A stretch of DNA of 64,000 nt from Raja brachyura. Lineage: Eukaryota. The notes under the pieces are model-generated. The model had not been told where the DNA came from. It saw nothing but the letters and a program-made list of their open reading frames with translations, and made no database searches. Where the stretch lies: assembly GCA_963514005.1 (NCBI GenBank), contig OY740787.1, forward strand, positions 64,232,001-64,296,000, written 5' to 3'. Position numbers and translations under genes: made by a program. This document shows, piece after piece, positions 10,841-22,100 of this stretch. Numbering within the stretch: the stretch's first letter is position 1; each line of letters begins with the position of its first letter.

Positions 10841-13800
10841 GTCCCCAGTTAATATTCTGATGGACTTTGGGTTTTATGGCAGAATGATCTGCTTAATTAA
10901 GGTTCAAATAGCTTAGAAATAAAGTCATATACCCTTAAATTATCAAGTAGAACTACAGATCTCCAGATTTAATCACCCACCCCCTCCCCAGATCAAGTAG
11001 AGGTTTTTGCAAGGGAGAGTAAGTAAACTCATCATAATTGACACATTTGAGCTTTTTTTTAATTATACAATTTGGTCGGTAAGTTAATTCTTGGCCAACT
11101 AATAATCAAATCTGGAGATCTGTAGTTATTGAATGGGCACCATTGACATTTTAATTACCAGTGGTAAAGTCATCATATGATGTTGGCCTAATTGGAGAAA
11201 TCCAGCACTTGGGACTAACAGGCCCAGAAGGGTGCCAGAGAGGTGAAATATTTATCAAGAAAATTTCATCCAAGTCCAACAAAGAAATATCAGCCCTTCC
11301 TTGCATATTTCCATATAGTGTCATTATCCACTTCACGTACTTTGCTGATAACCCTCAGGTCCATGAGTGCTGTCTCCAGCTGCACTCTCCAGCTGCAGTT
11401 CCCGGAGTTGCTAATAAACTTAATCTATATAAATTAGGCTTGTCTTTCCAAGAAAGATTGATACAAAATGCGGGAGTAACTCAGCGAGTCAGGCAGCATC
11501 TCTGGAGAAAAGGGATAGGTGGCATTTTGGGTCGGGACCCTTCTTCAGTTACTCCAGCACTTTGTGTCTATCTTTGGTATAAACCAGCATCTGCAGTTCT
11601 TTGTTTTTACAGTATGTCTTTTCAACAAGTGGCTTGGGCCTCGTTTCAAATCGCCAGCATGAATTTAACACTTGATTTCTCACAACCCAGAATTAGAATT
11701 AGGATTGGAATTTCTGGCATTATGGTATATATAGATTAACTGTTGGAAAATGATATTTTGTCCTAAATTTAAAATGACCTTTTTATATAAAGAGACATAA
11801 CTCAATAAAGTGCTAGAAAGCAATGGGGCTCCATTTGAAACTGATCTCAGCACAAACAAATAACAAATTCCTAAGGAAAGTACAAAAGCAAATACACAAC
11901 ATGTTCCCAAAAATCTCAGCTTCATTTTAATTATATTTAGATTCTTCTTTTGTATCCTTTTGTGCCAAGTTGGAATGGGAGGAGACACTTTAGCTCCACA
12001 CATTGAGATTCTAGATACTCTTAGATCTTTCACATCTTTTATTAACAGATATTTATCAATGTTCATGATTATCAGAAATCTCTCTCAGATTTAAAATAAT
12101 CAATTGAATTAGTGTAATTGATTTTAATTGAAGAGAGTTTGAAATTTCTCCCACCTTTTGTGTGTAAATGCATTTTTAGCTTCATCTCAGAAACAGATTA
12201 TTTTAACTTTTAGATTGTACTTTCTAATTTTTAACCCCCTGCTGACTAATGGGGAAAGAAAACTATGTTTAACCTATCCATATCCTTGGTATCCTGAACT
12301 TTTCAATTATATTTCCTCTTAGCTTTCCAAACTCTGTGTGTTTCAACTCTTGTGTTCTCTATTCTTTTCAAATAGAGAGCACTGGCACTGTAAACCCCTG
12401 TAGCATAACTTATATCTTCTTATATCTCCCTATTTCCTTAATTAAAAAGTCCAAAATTATACTGATCTTTATTTTCTGTGCCTGACCATTATGCTTTAGC
12501 AATCGATGTATATAATCCCCCCAAACTATTTGTACATCTGCCTCTCAGATTTTTCCACCATTGTGAAAGTTCATTTTTACACATGTTTAAAATATATGAC
12601 CCTGCATTTGAGATGATTTTTGCCCAACTGCTCCTTTATTCTTCTTTAGACAACAAGGGCAGGATAGTCACTATGGCTGAATCTTTTATGATTTATTCTT
12701 TTGCTCCTATATCAATCATCAAAGATTTGATTTCAGTCTGTAACACAGTGAAAACATGGCTAATATTAAATTAAAAACAAACATTTGAACTCATCATTTG
12801 TTTACAGGTTAATTGTTGATATTCTTAACTTATTGCATTCCTGGCCCTTAACATTTTAGCTATTTCTGAACCCTAAAGATTTTTTATCTACACCTCTTTG
12901 TAAAATTCATGTTTCTATCAACAGAATATCTGCCTACATTTTCTTTATTATATGCCATTTTTATTGTGCCATTTTTATCTTGATTTATAATTTTTGAATG
13001 ACATATCAAAAATTATGCTGCAGCACTGAAATTGCTACATTGAAGGTTATATTTAATCTCCTTTATTAATTATAATCTACTGATGTTCGAATAGACCATG
13101 GCACATGTTTTAACATTTACCTTTCGATTTAAATTTTCTAATCAGTGCTGTACTAATAATAAAAATGATCAATGTCGTACATTTAATTCCTTTTCAACAT
13201 GATGAGTATCAACCCATATCCTTAATTGCAATCAGATTTACTACAATATTTGCAGTTTGACATATAATGGAGTGAAATCCCATGTATTGTTGTGGTACAT
13301 GTAAGGCAAAGGCACTATTTGTAATGTGTACATTTACAAATGTGTGGAATGTTGTCAATTATTTATGAATGTGCTGATTATGTTAGCTGGTCTCTCTCCA
13401 CTTAGAGACTTGCAACATAACGTTTTGCTTGGTATATATTTCACAAGACAATTCTGTACAATTGGTGTTCATAAACTATCCAACAAAACAAAGCATTTCT
13501 AATGTTGACTTTTGAAGCAGTAATGACTTATTTTTACATTAAAGAATTTAAACACATACAGCTTTACAGCCTTAAAGTATCTCAGTTGTTTGCCTCAGCA
13601 CTATTCCATGTTAGCCTTCTATTGATCAAGCTTTGTTGCATATTTTTACAATTAAATGTTATATAAAGTCTGGTGTATATATTTAAATTTTGTTTTACAG
13701 AGATAAATATGTTGTAATTTTTGAAAGTGGAACAGGAGGATTTTAGTAATTGCAATGATTCCTTTTACTTGTCAAGATTGGCAAACTGTATATGTTTATT

Positions 13801-13868
13801 GTAAATTTGAAATTGCATGCAACATCCTGTATCTCGTATTATACAGTTCAAATGGATTTCTTGGACAT

Positions 13869-13874
13869 AATAAA
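13869..13874 (+). promoter_or_regulatory. Candidate distal polyadenylation signal of KALRN
   Basis: AATAAA at the end of a ~1-kb AT-rich stretch without recognisable repeats, with upstream TGTA motifs and a downstream GT-rich tract (tggtattggtttggtttt). Other AATAAA hexamers occur earlier. Confidence 0.3.
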
Positions 13875-14271
13875 AATTAGAATATTTCATATGGTATTGG
13901 TTTGGTTTTAATATGTTCTCTAAAATCCCAAAAAAACCTAATTGTTTAATTTCATTTGCTAGCTAATTGATATTAAATATGTCATAGGAAGTTAAATGCT
14001 TTGTTTCTAAATGTATCTTTTTCACTTTGCTTAATTAGTGATTCATTCATGGAATGCAGGTGCATTGTGTCATTCTGAAGTCGGAAGGAATTCATGTACA
14101 TCTTTGACAATCTAATTTCCTGTTTATATTTGACGTATATTCCACCAAATACTTAATGCTTGATCGATGCTGCTAAACGGAAAAGTTGTGTACTTTTAAA
14201 AATGCTTTTAACAACTTGTAAAGCCGAAGTGAGGGCTGGCGGCGGTGGGGGGGAAATAGGAGGGAATGTAT

Positions 14272-14447
14272 ACAATAGACAATAGACAATACGTGCAGGA
14301 GTAGGCCATTTGGCCCTTCGAGCCAGCACCGCCATTCAATGTGATCATGGCTGATCATCCCCAATCAGTACCCCGTTCCTGCCTTCTCCCATATCCCATG
14401 ACTTTGCTATTTTTAAGAGCCCTATCTAGCTCTCTCTTGAAAGCATC
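14272..14447 (-). mobile_element. CR1/HER1-type LINE 3' end
   Basis: Reverse complement reads FKRELDRALK..GYG then gatcagccatgatcacattgaatggcggtgctggctcgaagggccaaatggcctactcctgcac with a (tattgtc)n tail. Confidence 0.85.
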
Positions 14448-14448
14448 G

Positions 14449-17371
14449 ATGATATGGGTTGTCTTATGAACGAATTGCAAATAATATTTATCAGGGCAAG
14501 GCATCGATTCTGGCAAGTGCATTGTTTGTTTGCATACATTTTGCATACCCTTTATAAAACAAACAGGATATGTATCTGTAGACAAAATACAGGCCAAATA
14601 TAATTAAGTTTCAGCAGTTGCCAAAATTACATAAACTATTAAAAGCTAAGCAAGATTCCTTATTGTGTATAGGATACTGAAGAAATGTTAAGATGCACCA
14701 GAGTGGGCCACATGAATCTTTCAGGAAGCTCACAGGTTTTATGATCATATATTTTAAACAACTGTTTGGTGGGGGCCAGAGAGAAAGGTGGCTGCCTCAA
14801 GACTGCCCCTTCAGCCTTGATAACCCTACTTCCCGTATTGGCTTGTTTTTATGCCAAACCATTGCACTCTGGTGGGATCAACTGAGCAACTGATCAGAAA
14901 CATTCAAGTAAGAATTACTACCAGGAGTTTCAAATCAGTAGAATCATTCTTGATAAAATGAAATAAAAGGAACAATGTAAAGGCGGGAAAATTTGCAACA
15001 TGACAGAAATATAAAATAAAAATTGGGATTAAAATAATATGATGAAAGATTATGGGAAGGAAGGAACTACAGATGCAGTTTACACCGAAGATAGACACAA
15101 ATACTGGAGTAACTCAGCGGGCCAGAGTTACCAAGGAGAAAAGGAATAGGTGACGTTTTGGGTCAAGAGCCTTCTTCAAGGATTGACACACAACATGGCC
15201 ATTTAAAAATCAATACATTCTGCTGAACTACATGCCAAAAATGTAAGGTTGAGGACTAATGTCAGAGGAGGAAATGGAAGACTGAAGAAATTAGACTTTC
15301 TGACTTTGAAAGAATGGAACTGGATGTGATGTTTGAACATTAGATATAGGAACAGGATTCAGCCCTTTGGCTCTTTGATCCTGGTAGCGGACAGTACCCT
15401 ATCTTTCGGATCCTTTCCCTTAGCCTTTCTTCCCTTCCCCCTACTACTGATAGGGTCCCCTCTTGAGCTTGCCTGATGCTCCACAACTCTTACCCTAAAT
15501 ATTTTGCAGCATTACAGCGCATCAGTTCCATAGACAAAGTCCAATGTCCACAATGTGGCAGAGGTGAATCAGACATAACCCTAGTAAATGGAAGGACCAT
15601 TCAGAAACATGATAGCAGAGGGGAAGAAGCTGTTCCTGAGTTCCTGATACATTCGTAACATCCTTCCTACCTTTGCCATACACTATATTCCAGTGAAAGT
15701 TGTTCAACTTGTAAAATTACTACTTCCTCCTTAGATGCTGAGATGTTTTAGAATTTGCAGTTTTAGTTTCATATTTTCAGCATCTACAGCTTTTTATTGT
15801 CTTCCACCTCAGTGCCTCTTTCCCACACTATCTCCCCAAATATCCAGAATTTGAGAGATTGGGGATAAGCATCGTGAGTTACGCTTCTGTTATAAGGTGA
15901 GTGGGACACCGCTCCTGCCTTTCAGAGAACATATTATTGTATCTTCATAATAATTCAACAGTTTAAAATATGGAAATATTACATCAGTGTTTATTATTGG
16001 CTTTAGCTCGAATATATTTTGAACAAGAGAGAAAAGAAATGCTTCCATGTAATTAATTTATATTCCTTTGTGGTGTCATGATTTAAATGTGATTTAATTG
16101 TACCAAATTGCTCTTTTCCATGCACTTTTCACTATAAAGTATCTTGTGTTTCTTACATAAAGTTTTGGCCTCCTTACCTAAAAAAGAATATACTTGCCAT
16201 AGAGGGTGTGGAACAAAGATTCACCTACTGGAGTGGCGGATGTGCCAGGTAAGGGGAGATAGAGTGGACTAGATCTGTATTCCAAGAGTTTTGAAGGAGG
16301 AGGTCTCGTTCAAACATACAAAGCTCCCAAAAGATTTGACAGAGGGGAGATTACCCCTGGCTAAAGAGGCAAGAACCAGGGGTTGTAGTCTCATAGTTAA
16401 AGAGTAGGCTGTTGAGGACTCAATTGAGGAGACATCTATTTCATGCAGAGAGTGAACCTTTGGTATTATCTATCCCAGAGGATTGTGCTAGCTCACTCAT
16501 CTGTCTAATTTCTTCAGTCTTCCATTTCCTCCTCTGACATTAGTCCTCAACCTTACATTTTGGGCATGTAGTTCAGTAGAATGTATTGATATTTAAATGG
16601 CCATGTCATGTGTCAATCCTGAAAGAAGGATCATGACCCAAAACGTCACCTATTCCTTTTCTCCTTGTTAACTCTGATCCGCTGAGTTACTCCAGCATTT
16701 GTGTCTATCTTCTGTGTAAACTGCATTTGTAGTTCCTTCCTTCCCATAATCTTTCAAGTTCATCATGTTATTTTAATTCCAATTTTTCTTTTATATTTCT
16801 GTCATGTTGCATATTTTCCCACCATTACCCTGATTCTTTTATTTCATTTTATCAAAAATGATTCTACAGATTTTAAACTCCTGGTAGTAATTCTTACTTG
16901 AATGTTTCTGATCAGTTGCTCGGTTGTTCCCACCAGAGTGCAATGGTTTGGCATAAAAACAAGCCAATACGGAAAGTAGGGTTTTCAAGGCTGAAGGGGC
17001 AGTCTTGAGGCAGCCACCTCTCTCTCTGGTTCCCACCAAACATAGTTTTTTTAAATATATTATCATAAAACCTGTGAGCTTCCTGAAAGATTCATCTGAC
17101 CCACTCTGGTGCATCTTAACATTTCTTCAGTATCCTATACACAATAAGGAATCTAGCTTGGCATTTAATAGTTTATGTAATTTTGGCAACTGCTGAAACT
17201 TAATTATATTTGGCCTATATTTTGTTCTAATATTCAGTCTACAAATACATATCATGTTTTTTTTAATAAAAGGTATGCAAAATTCATGCAAACAAACAAT
17301 GCTCTTGCCAAAACAGTTGCCTTGCCTGATAAATATTATTTGCAATTCATTCATAAGACAACCCATATCAT
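14449..17371. repeat. Large inverted duplication: arms 14449-15296 and 16503-17371, ~1.2-kb spacer
   Basis: Arm ends are reverse complements (atgatatgggttgtcttatgaa / ttcataagacaacccatatcat; gaagaaattagac / gtctaatttcttc). The ORF track shows mirror-image peptides (14904-15098 minus vs 16701-16901 plus; 14693-14893 plus vs 16839-17114 minus). Confidence 0.93.
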
Positions 17372-17865
17372 TTTACACATTCCCTCCTATTTCCCAGTGG
17401 CTATTTTAAAACAACATTGCGGAAATACTCCAATTGCTCCTTCCATTGTATCTGAAGACCAAACATTGACTGGAAAATTTGTAGTTGACTGTGTTTAGGC
17501 CGTGAGATTGCACTTGGTAAGTTTAACTTCAGCGACTGGACTGCATTATTTTTGTGTACCTATAAGAATGGCATACCTAAACTTAGGTTATTTGTATCCT
17601 TTAAATATTTTTTCCTTGTTAGTTCACTCCTCTGTGTAAAAATGTGTTAACACAGTGATAAATAGCTTGTGATCTGTTTTGAATTAAATTTTAGTCTGCT
17701 ACTGTGGTTTGCCCACTTCTACTAATATTATTCTGAATTATGTTTTAATTATGCTGAAGCAAAAATGTTGTTATTCAACTGAGAATATTGTAGGCACTAA
17801 ACTAAGGTGTTTTTAATGACCCTTTTGCAAATTAGCAGAACAATGATCTCCTCCTGACGTTGTGT

Positions 17866-18110
17866 GTCGGAAGGATCTGCAGATGCTGGTTTACATCAAA
17901 TAGAGACACAAAATGCTGGAGTGACTTAGCGGGTTAGGCAGCATCTCTGGAGAAAAGGAATAGGTGATGTTTCGGTTTGTGACCTTTCTTCAGACTGACA
18001 GTGGAATATCTCGGTCTGATGAAGGGTCTCATACAAAAATGTCACCTATTCCTTTTCTCCAGAGATGCTGTCTGACCCACTGAGTCACTCCATCATTTTG
18101 TGTATATCAA
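17866..18110. mobile_element. Palindromic Penelope-derived short element (two arms in inverted orientation) with hammerhead-like motifs
   Basis: Left arm gacacaaaatgctggagtgacttagcgggttaggcagcatctctggagaaaaggaataggtga is mirrored by tcacctattccttttctccagagatgctgtctgacccactgagtcactccatcattttgtgt. Confidence 0.75.
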
Positions 18111-18419
18111 CTTGTCTGAGATTATGTTGGAGTTTGTCTCGTATGTGTACACAGCAATCCCTCTTAAGTCCTGATATGCTGATATACTGTACATATCATG
18201 GACAGACAGCAGATGTACATTGGGAGGTGCATAAATTGGCACAACTAAGAGTACTTCTGAGACTAGCAATGGCTTAATAGCAACATGAGCCTTAAAAATG
18301 GCAAGTCCAGAGGAAATGGACAATTGCTAGCTATTTTTCTGAACTACTACCATGATTTTTAGTGCTACTTAAAGTTTTATATAAGCCTACTAATGCCTGA
18401 AAATAATTTTGTGGTTGAC

Positions 18420-18700
18420 TGAGAATAAGGGGTAAGCCATTTAGAACGAAGATGAGGAAAAACTTTTTCATGCAGAGAGTTGTGAGTCTGTGGAATTCTC
18501 TGCCTCAGAGGGTGGTGGAGGCCGATTCTCTGGATACTTTCAAGAGAGAGCTAGATAGAGCTCTTAAAGATAGTAGAGTCAGGGGATATGGAGGGAAGGT
18601 AGGAACAGGGTACTGATTGGGGATGAACAGCCATGATCACATTGAATGGCGGTGCTGGCTCGAAGGGCCGAATGGACTACTCCTGCACCTATTGTCTATT
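18420..18700 (+). mobile_element. CR1/HER1-type LINE 3' end
   Basis: Encodes RIRGKPFRTKMRKNFFMQRVVSLWNSLPQRVVEA..FKRELDRAL, followed by the same 3' UTR as 14272-14447. Confidence 0.85.
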
Positions 18701-19036
18701 CACTTTGTCTCAGCTTCAAAGTTTCTGCACAAACCAATTGTTCCCAGGTATGGCCCCATGAGCCCCAAGCATTACGGTGGGAGTTAATATATCCTTATGA
18801 AGCAGAACAACATGTCAGAAGGGGGATGAGGAGACTGGATAGAAAGTATCTCATCAGGAAGGCGAGAGTAAGTCTCCAAGTTGAATTTTCTTGCCAAATG
18901 AAGTACTTCGCTAAGGTCATTGCTCTCCTTCCATCAAAAATTACACTTGTATCATGTCTACATTTATTTACTTCCAGACTCTGGAACCACGTTGTTATTT
19001 CTTTACTAACCAAAAGATTTCTGCAGTTCCATTTCA

Positions 19037-19104
19037 ATGAATCCCTCAGTGTCACCCACTGAAGATGATGAAGAAACACAGGCCAAAGCACTTAAAGGCA
19101 GAAA
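19037..19104 (+). CDS. DH-PH RhoGEF coding exon 1 (tentative ATG)
   Basis: [22 protein letters not shown] then aa|gtaagc. Corresponds to Kalirin EEEQKAKALRGR just before DH2. In-frame TAA upstream at 19007-19009. Confidence 0.75.
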
Positions 19105-22100
19105 GTAAGCATTTTTATTTTGCCTTGTAGGTAAAATGCAACATTAAGTTTCAAAATATACATTAGAATTTGTTAGCTTGACCAGTTATGCAACTGTCTT
19201 GCATTGCTGTATTGGTCATAATGAAACATGAAAACTTTGGTCAATTATACCAAGATTCCATGTTGTCCTGATATGATTTTGCTTCACTTAAAAAGCAGTT
19301 GATAACCATTAGTTTAGTTTACTTTGGAGATACAGCATAGAAATATGCACTTCGGCCCACCGAGTCTGCACTGACCAGCAATCCCCGCACATTAACACTT
19401 ATTGTCCTACACGCTCATTAGGGACAATTTTTATACTATATTTTATACCAAGCCAATTAGCCTACAAACCTGTACGTCTTTGGAGTGCGGGACGAAACCG
19501 AAGATATCGGAGAAAATCCAAGCAGTCACAGGAAGAGGGTACAAACTCCGTACAGACAGCACCCGTAGTCGGGATCGAACTCGGGTCCCTGGAGTTGCAA
19601 GCACTAAGGCAGCAACTCTACACACTGCGCCATCATGCCACCATTAAAAATTAAATAGTTTGGGGTTAATATAGATTTTTCAAAAATGTTCCATGAGTGT
19701 AGTTGAGGATCAGTCTTACTTTCAATGGGGGGAAAGGGGGGGGGGGGCAAATGGGGGGGTAGAGGTTTGGAACTTATCCAGAAACACCAGTTGTAGCTGA
19801 GGTAATTATTAATGATGATTTCTGCTGAGCAACCTATTAAGAGAAATAGCATTTAATTAGATATTCAGTCAAAAATCTATGATTTAATTGAATAGATTCA
19901 AAGGATTCATTGGCATACATTTATTCCTACGTCCAAACTGAATTCTTAAGACCAGTAAATATATTTTCTTGTTTTCTCACAGTTATGTCCTGAATGAACT
20001 TATTGAAACTGAGAAAATTTACGTGAAAGACTTGGGAGCTGTAGTAGAGGTGAGATGAAACAGTGAATTGATCTGGAAACATAAGAAACTGCAGATGCTG
20101 GAATCATGAGCAAAACACAAAGTATTGGAGGAACTCAGCAGGTCAGGCAGCATCTGTGGAGGGAATGGACAGACAACATATCGGGTCAAAACCTTTCGTC
20201 AGGCTGATAAACTAAGGGGGGGGGGGGTGAAAGCTGGAAAAGTGAATGGTGATAGGGTAAGTGATAGGTGGATACAGATGAGGGGGGTGGTTTAATTAGC
20301 TGATGGATGGAGTAAGTGACCAAGGTTAGAGGTGAAAAGGAGAAAAAAAAGCATCAGATAATGTGAGAAGAGGATTAGTGAAATGTAAAGCCAGAGGGAC
20401 GGATATGTGTGGAAGGGGACAAGAGTGAGGGGAAAGAGGGAGTTAAAAGGGAAATATGGGACTTGGGGATGGGAGATGAATGTATGGAAAAGGTGAAAGG
20501 AGCAGGGTGGCTGGGGAGGTGGGACATTGTGGGGGAAATGCATGCAAACCAGGCTGAGAATAGGGGACAGGTTTGGGATGGGAAGTATTACTTGAAATTG
20601 GAGAATTCAAAGTTCATACTTGAGTTCTAAGCTACCCAGGTGGAATATAAAGTACAGTTCTTCCATTTTTTTGTGTGGCCTCATCTGAGATGGGAGGAGG
20701 CCCAGAAAGATAAGTATGGGAATGGGAAGAAGGGATAAAATGGTTAGCAATAGGAGATCCAGCAGGCCTTGGCGGACTGAACGCAAGTGTTGGGTAAATT
20801 GGTTGCATAGTCTAAAATGTGGTCTTACCGATGTAAAGGCTACATCGAGAGAACCAAATGCAATATTTGCGGGTTCTCACTTCTCGTTGCACTTTCTCAT
20901 TTCACTTCTGCCATCGCAAGTAAGAATTGTATTGGTCAATTTCGGGACAAATGACAATACAATGCTCTTGACTCTCTCTTGACTCCTGAATGCATTGCCT
21001 GCAGATGTAATGGAGACAAGTACCATCCCGGCCTTCATTCACTAGATAAATGTATGTTGCAAAATATAAATCATGTGGCTATAAAGAAGATGGGATGGAA
21101 TTAGTGAGTTGTTTTGATAAAGAGCCTGAATGAACAAATGGCTTTGTCTGTGCTGTAACTATTGTATGATTCATATGTTTGAAACTTCATGTTTTAGAAT
21201 TTGCTTCTCCAACCTGAAAATTTCTCATATTTCAGGGCTACATGAAAAAAATTGAAGAAAAGGGAGTTCCAGACGATATGAAAGGAAAAGATAAGATCAT
21301 TTTTGGAAATATTCATCAGATCTATGACTGGCACAAAACGTATGTAGATCATCCCTTCAGATAATTATTGCTCCAGGAACATTTCATTCATTTTTGAGGA
21401 ACACCATTTTTTGCACTGATACTTCTCCCTAAATATCTCTATTTCTTTTTCTTCAGGATGTCCCAAACTTTCCTACCGTATTTCCAAGAAAGTAAATCAC
21501 CTTTTAATACTTTTTCCAACTGGCAATTAAAAATAATATGATAGCCAGCGCCCAAAATTGAGAGAGAAACAAAATTACATGTTAATAAATGGTGCTTTGG
21601 TGATACTGGGATCAAATTTCTACAGATTGTAAATTGGGAAATTTGCCCATAGTAAAATTTGCAATCTTTGTGACCAATATATAGCATAATAGACCCGATC
21701 TTCTCTATCTATTAGTTATACATCACAATTTAAATGAATATACCCAACTCATAATCAGCCTATCTTTCATGCCCAAAACTTAACACCATTGGATGGACTT
21801 TCCAATCCAGCTCTGAGTCTTCCAACAAATAACATTGGAAATCAGTCCATTAAATTTGACATTATGAAGGAAATTATGTATCTCCACTGCTGGTTCAGTG
21901 TGGCTGCAATGCATCATACACAAACACTCAAACAATTGATGTAATCCAATATCATTCTGTACATTTAGTTTACTTACATATGTATTTATGTGGTAGGTTT
22001 AGTATTCCTGACAAACCAGAGAAGACACACAGAAGACTACAAGCCTAAAGGACATTTGCTTTCAATATAATCTGCAGGGATCTCTCCTCCTACAGAAAAT

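Noticed and set aside
11161-11739. 192-aa ORF
   Set aside because: It crosses a Penelope-derived short repeat, lacks an ATG start and has no recognisable homology; a chance ORF.
14693-17366. Pairs of similar ORFs on opposite strands suggesting duplicated small genes
   Set aside because: They are mirror translations of the non-coding inverted duplication.
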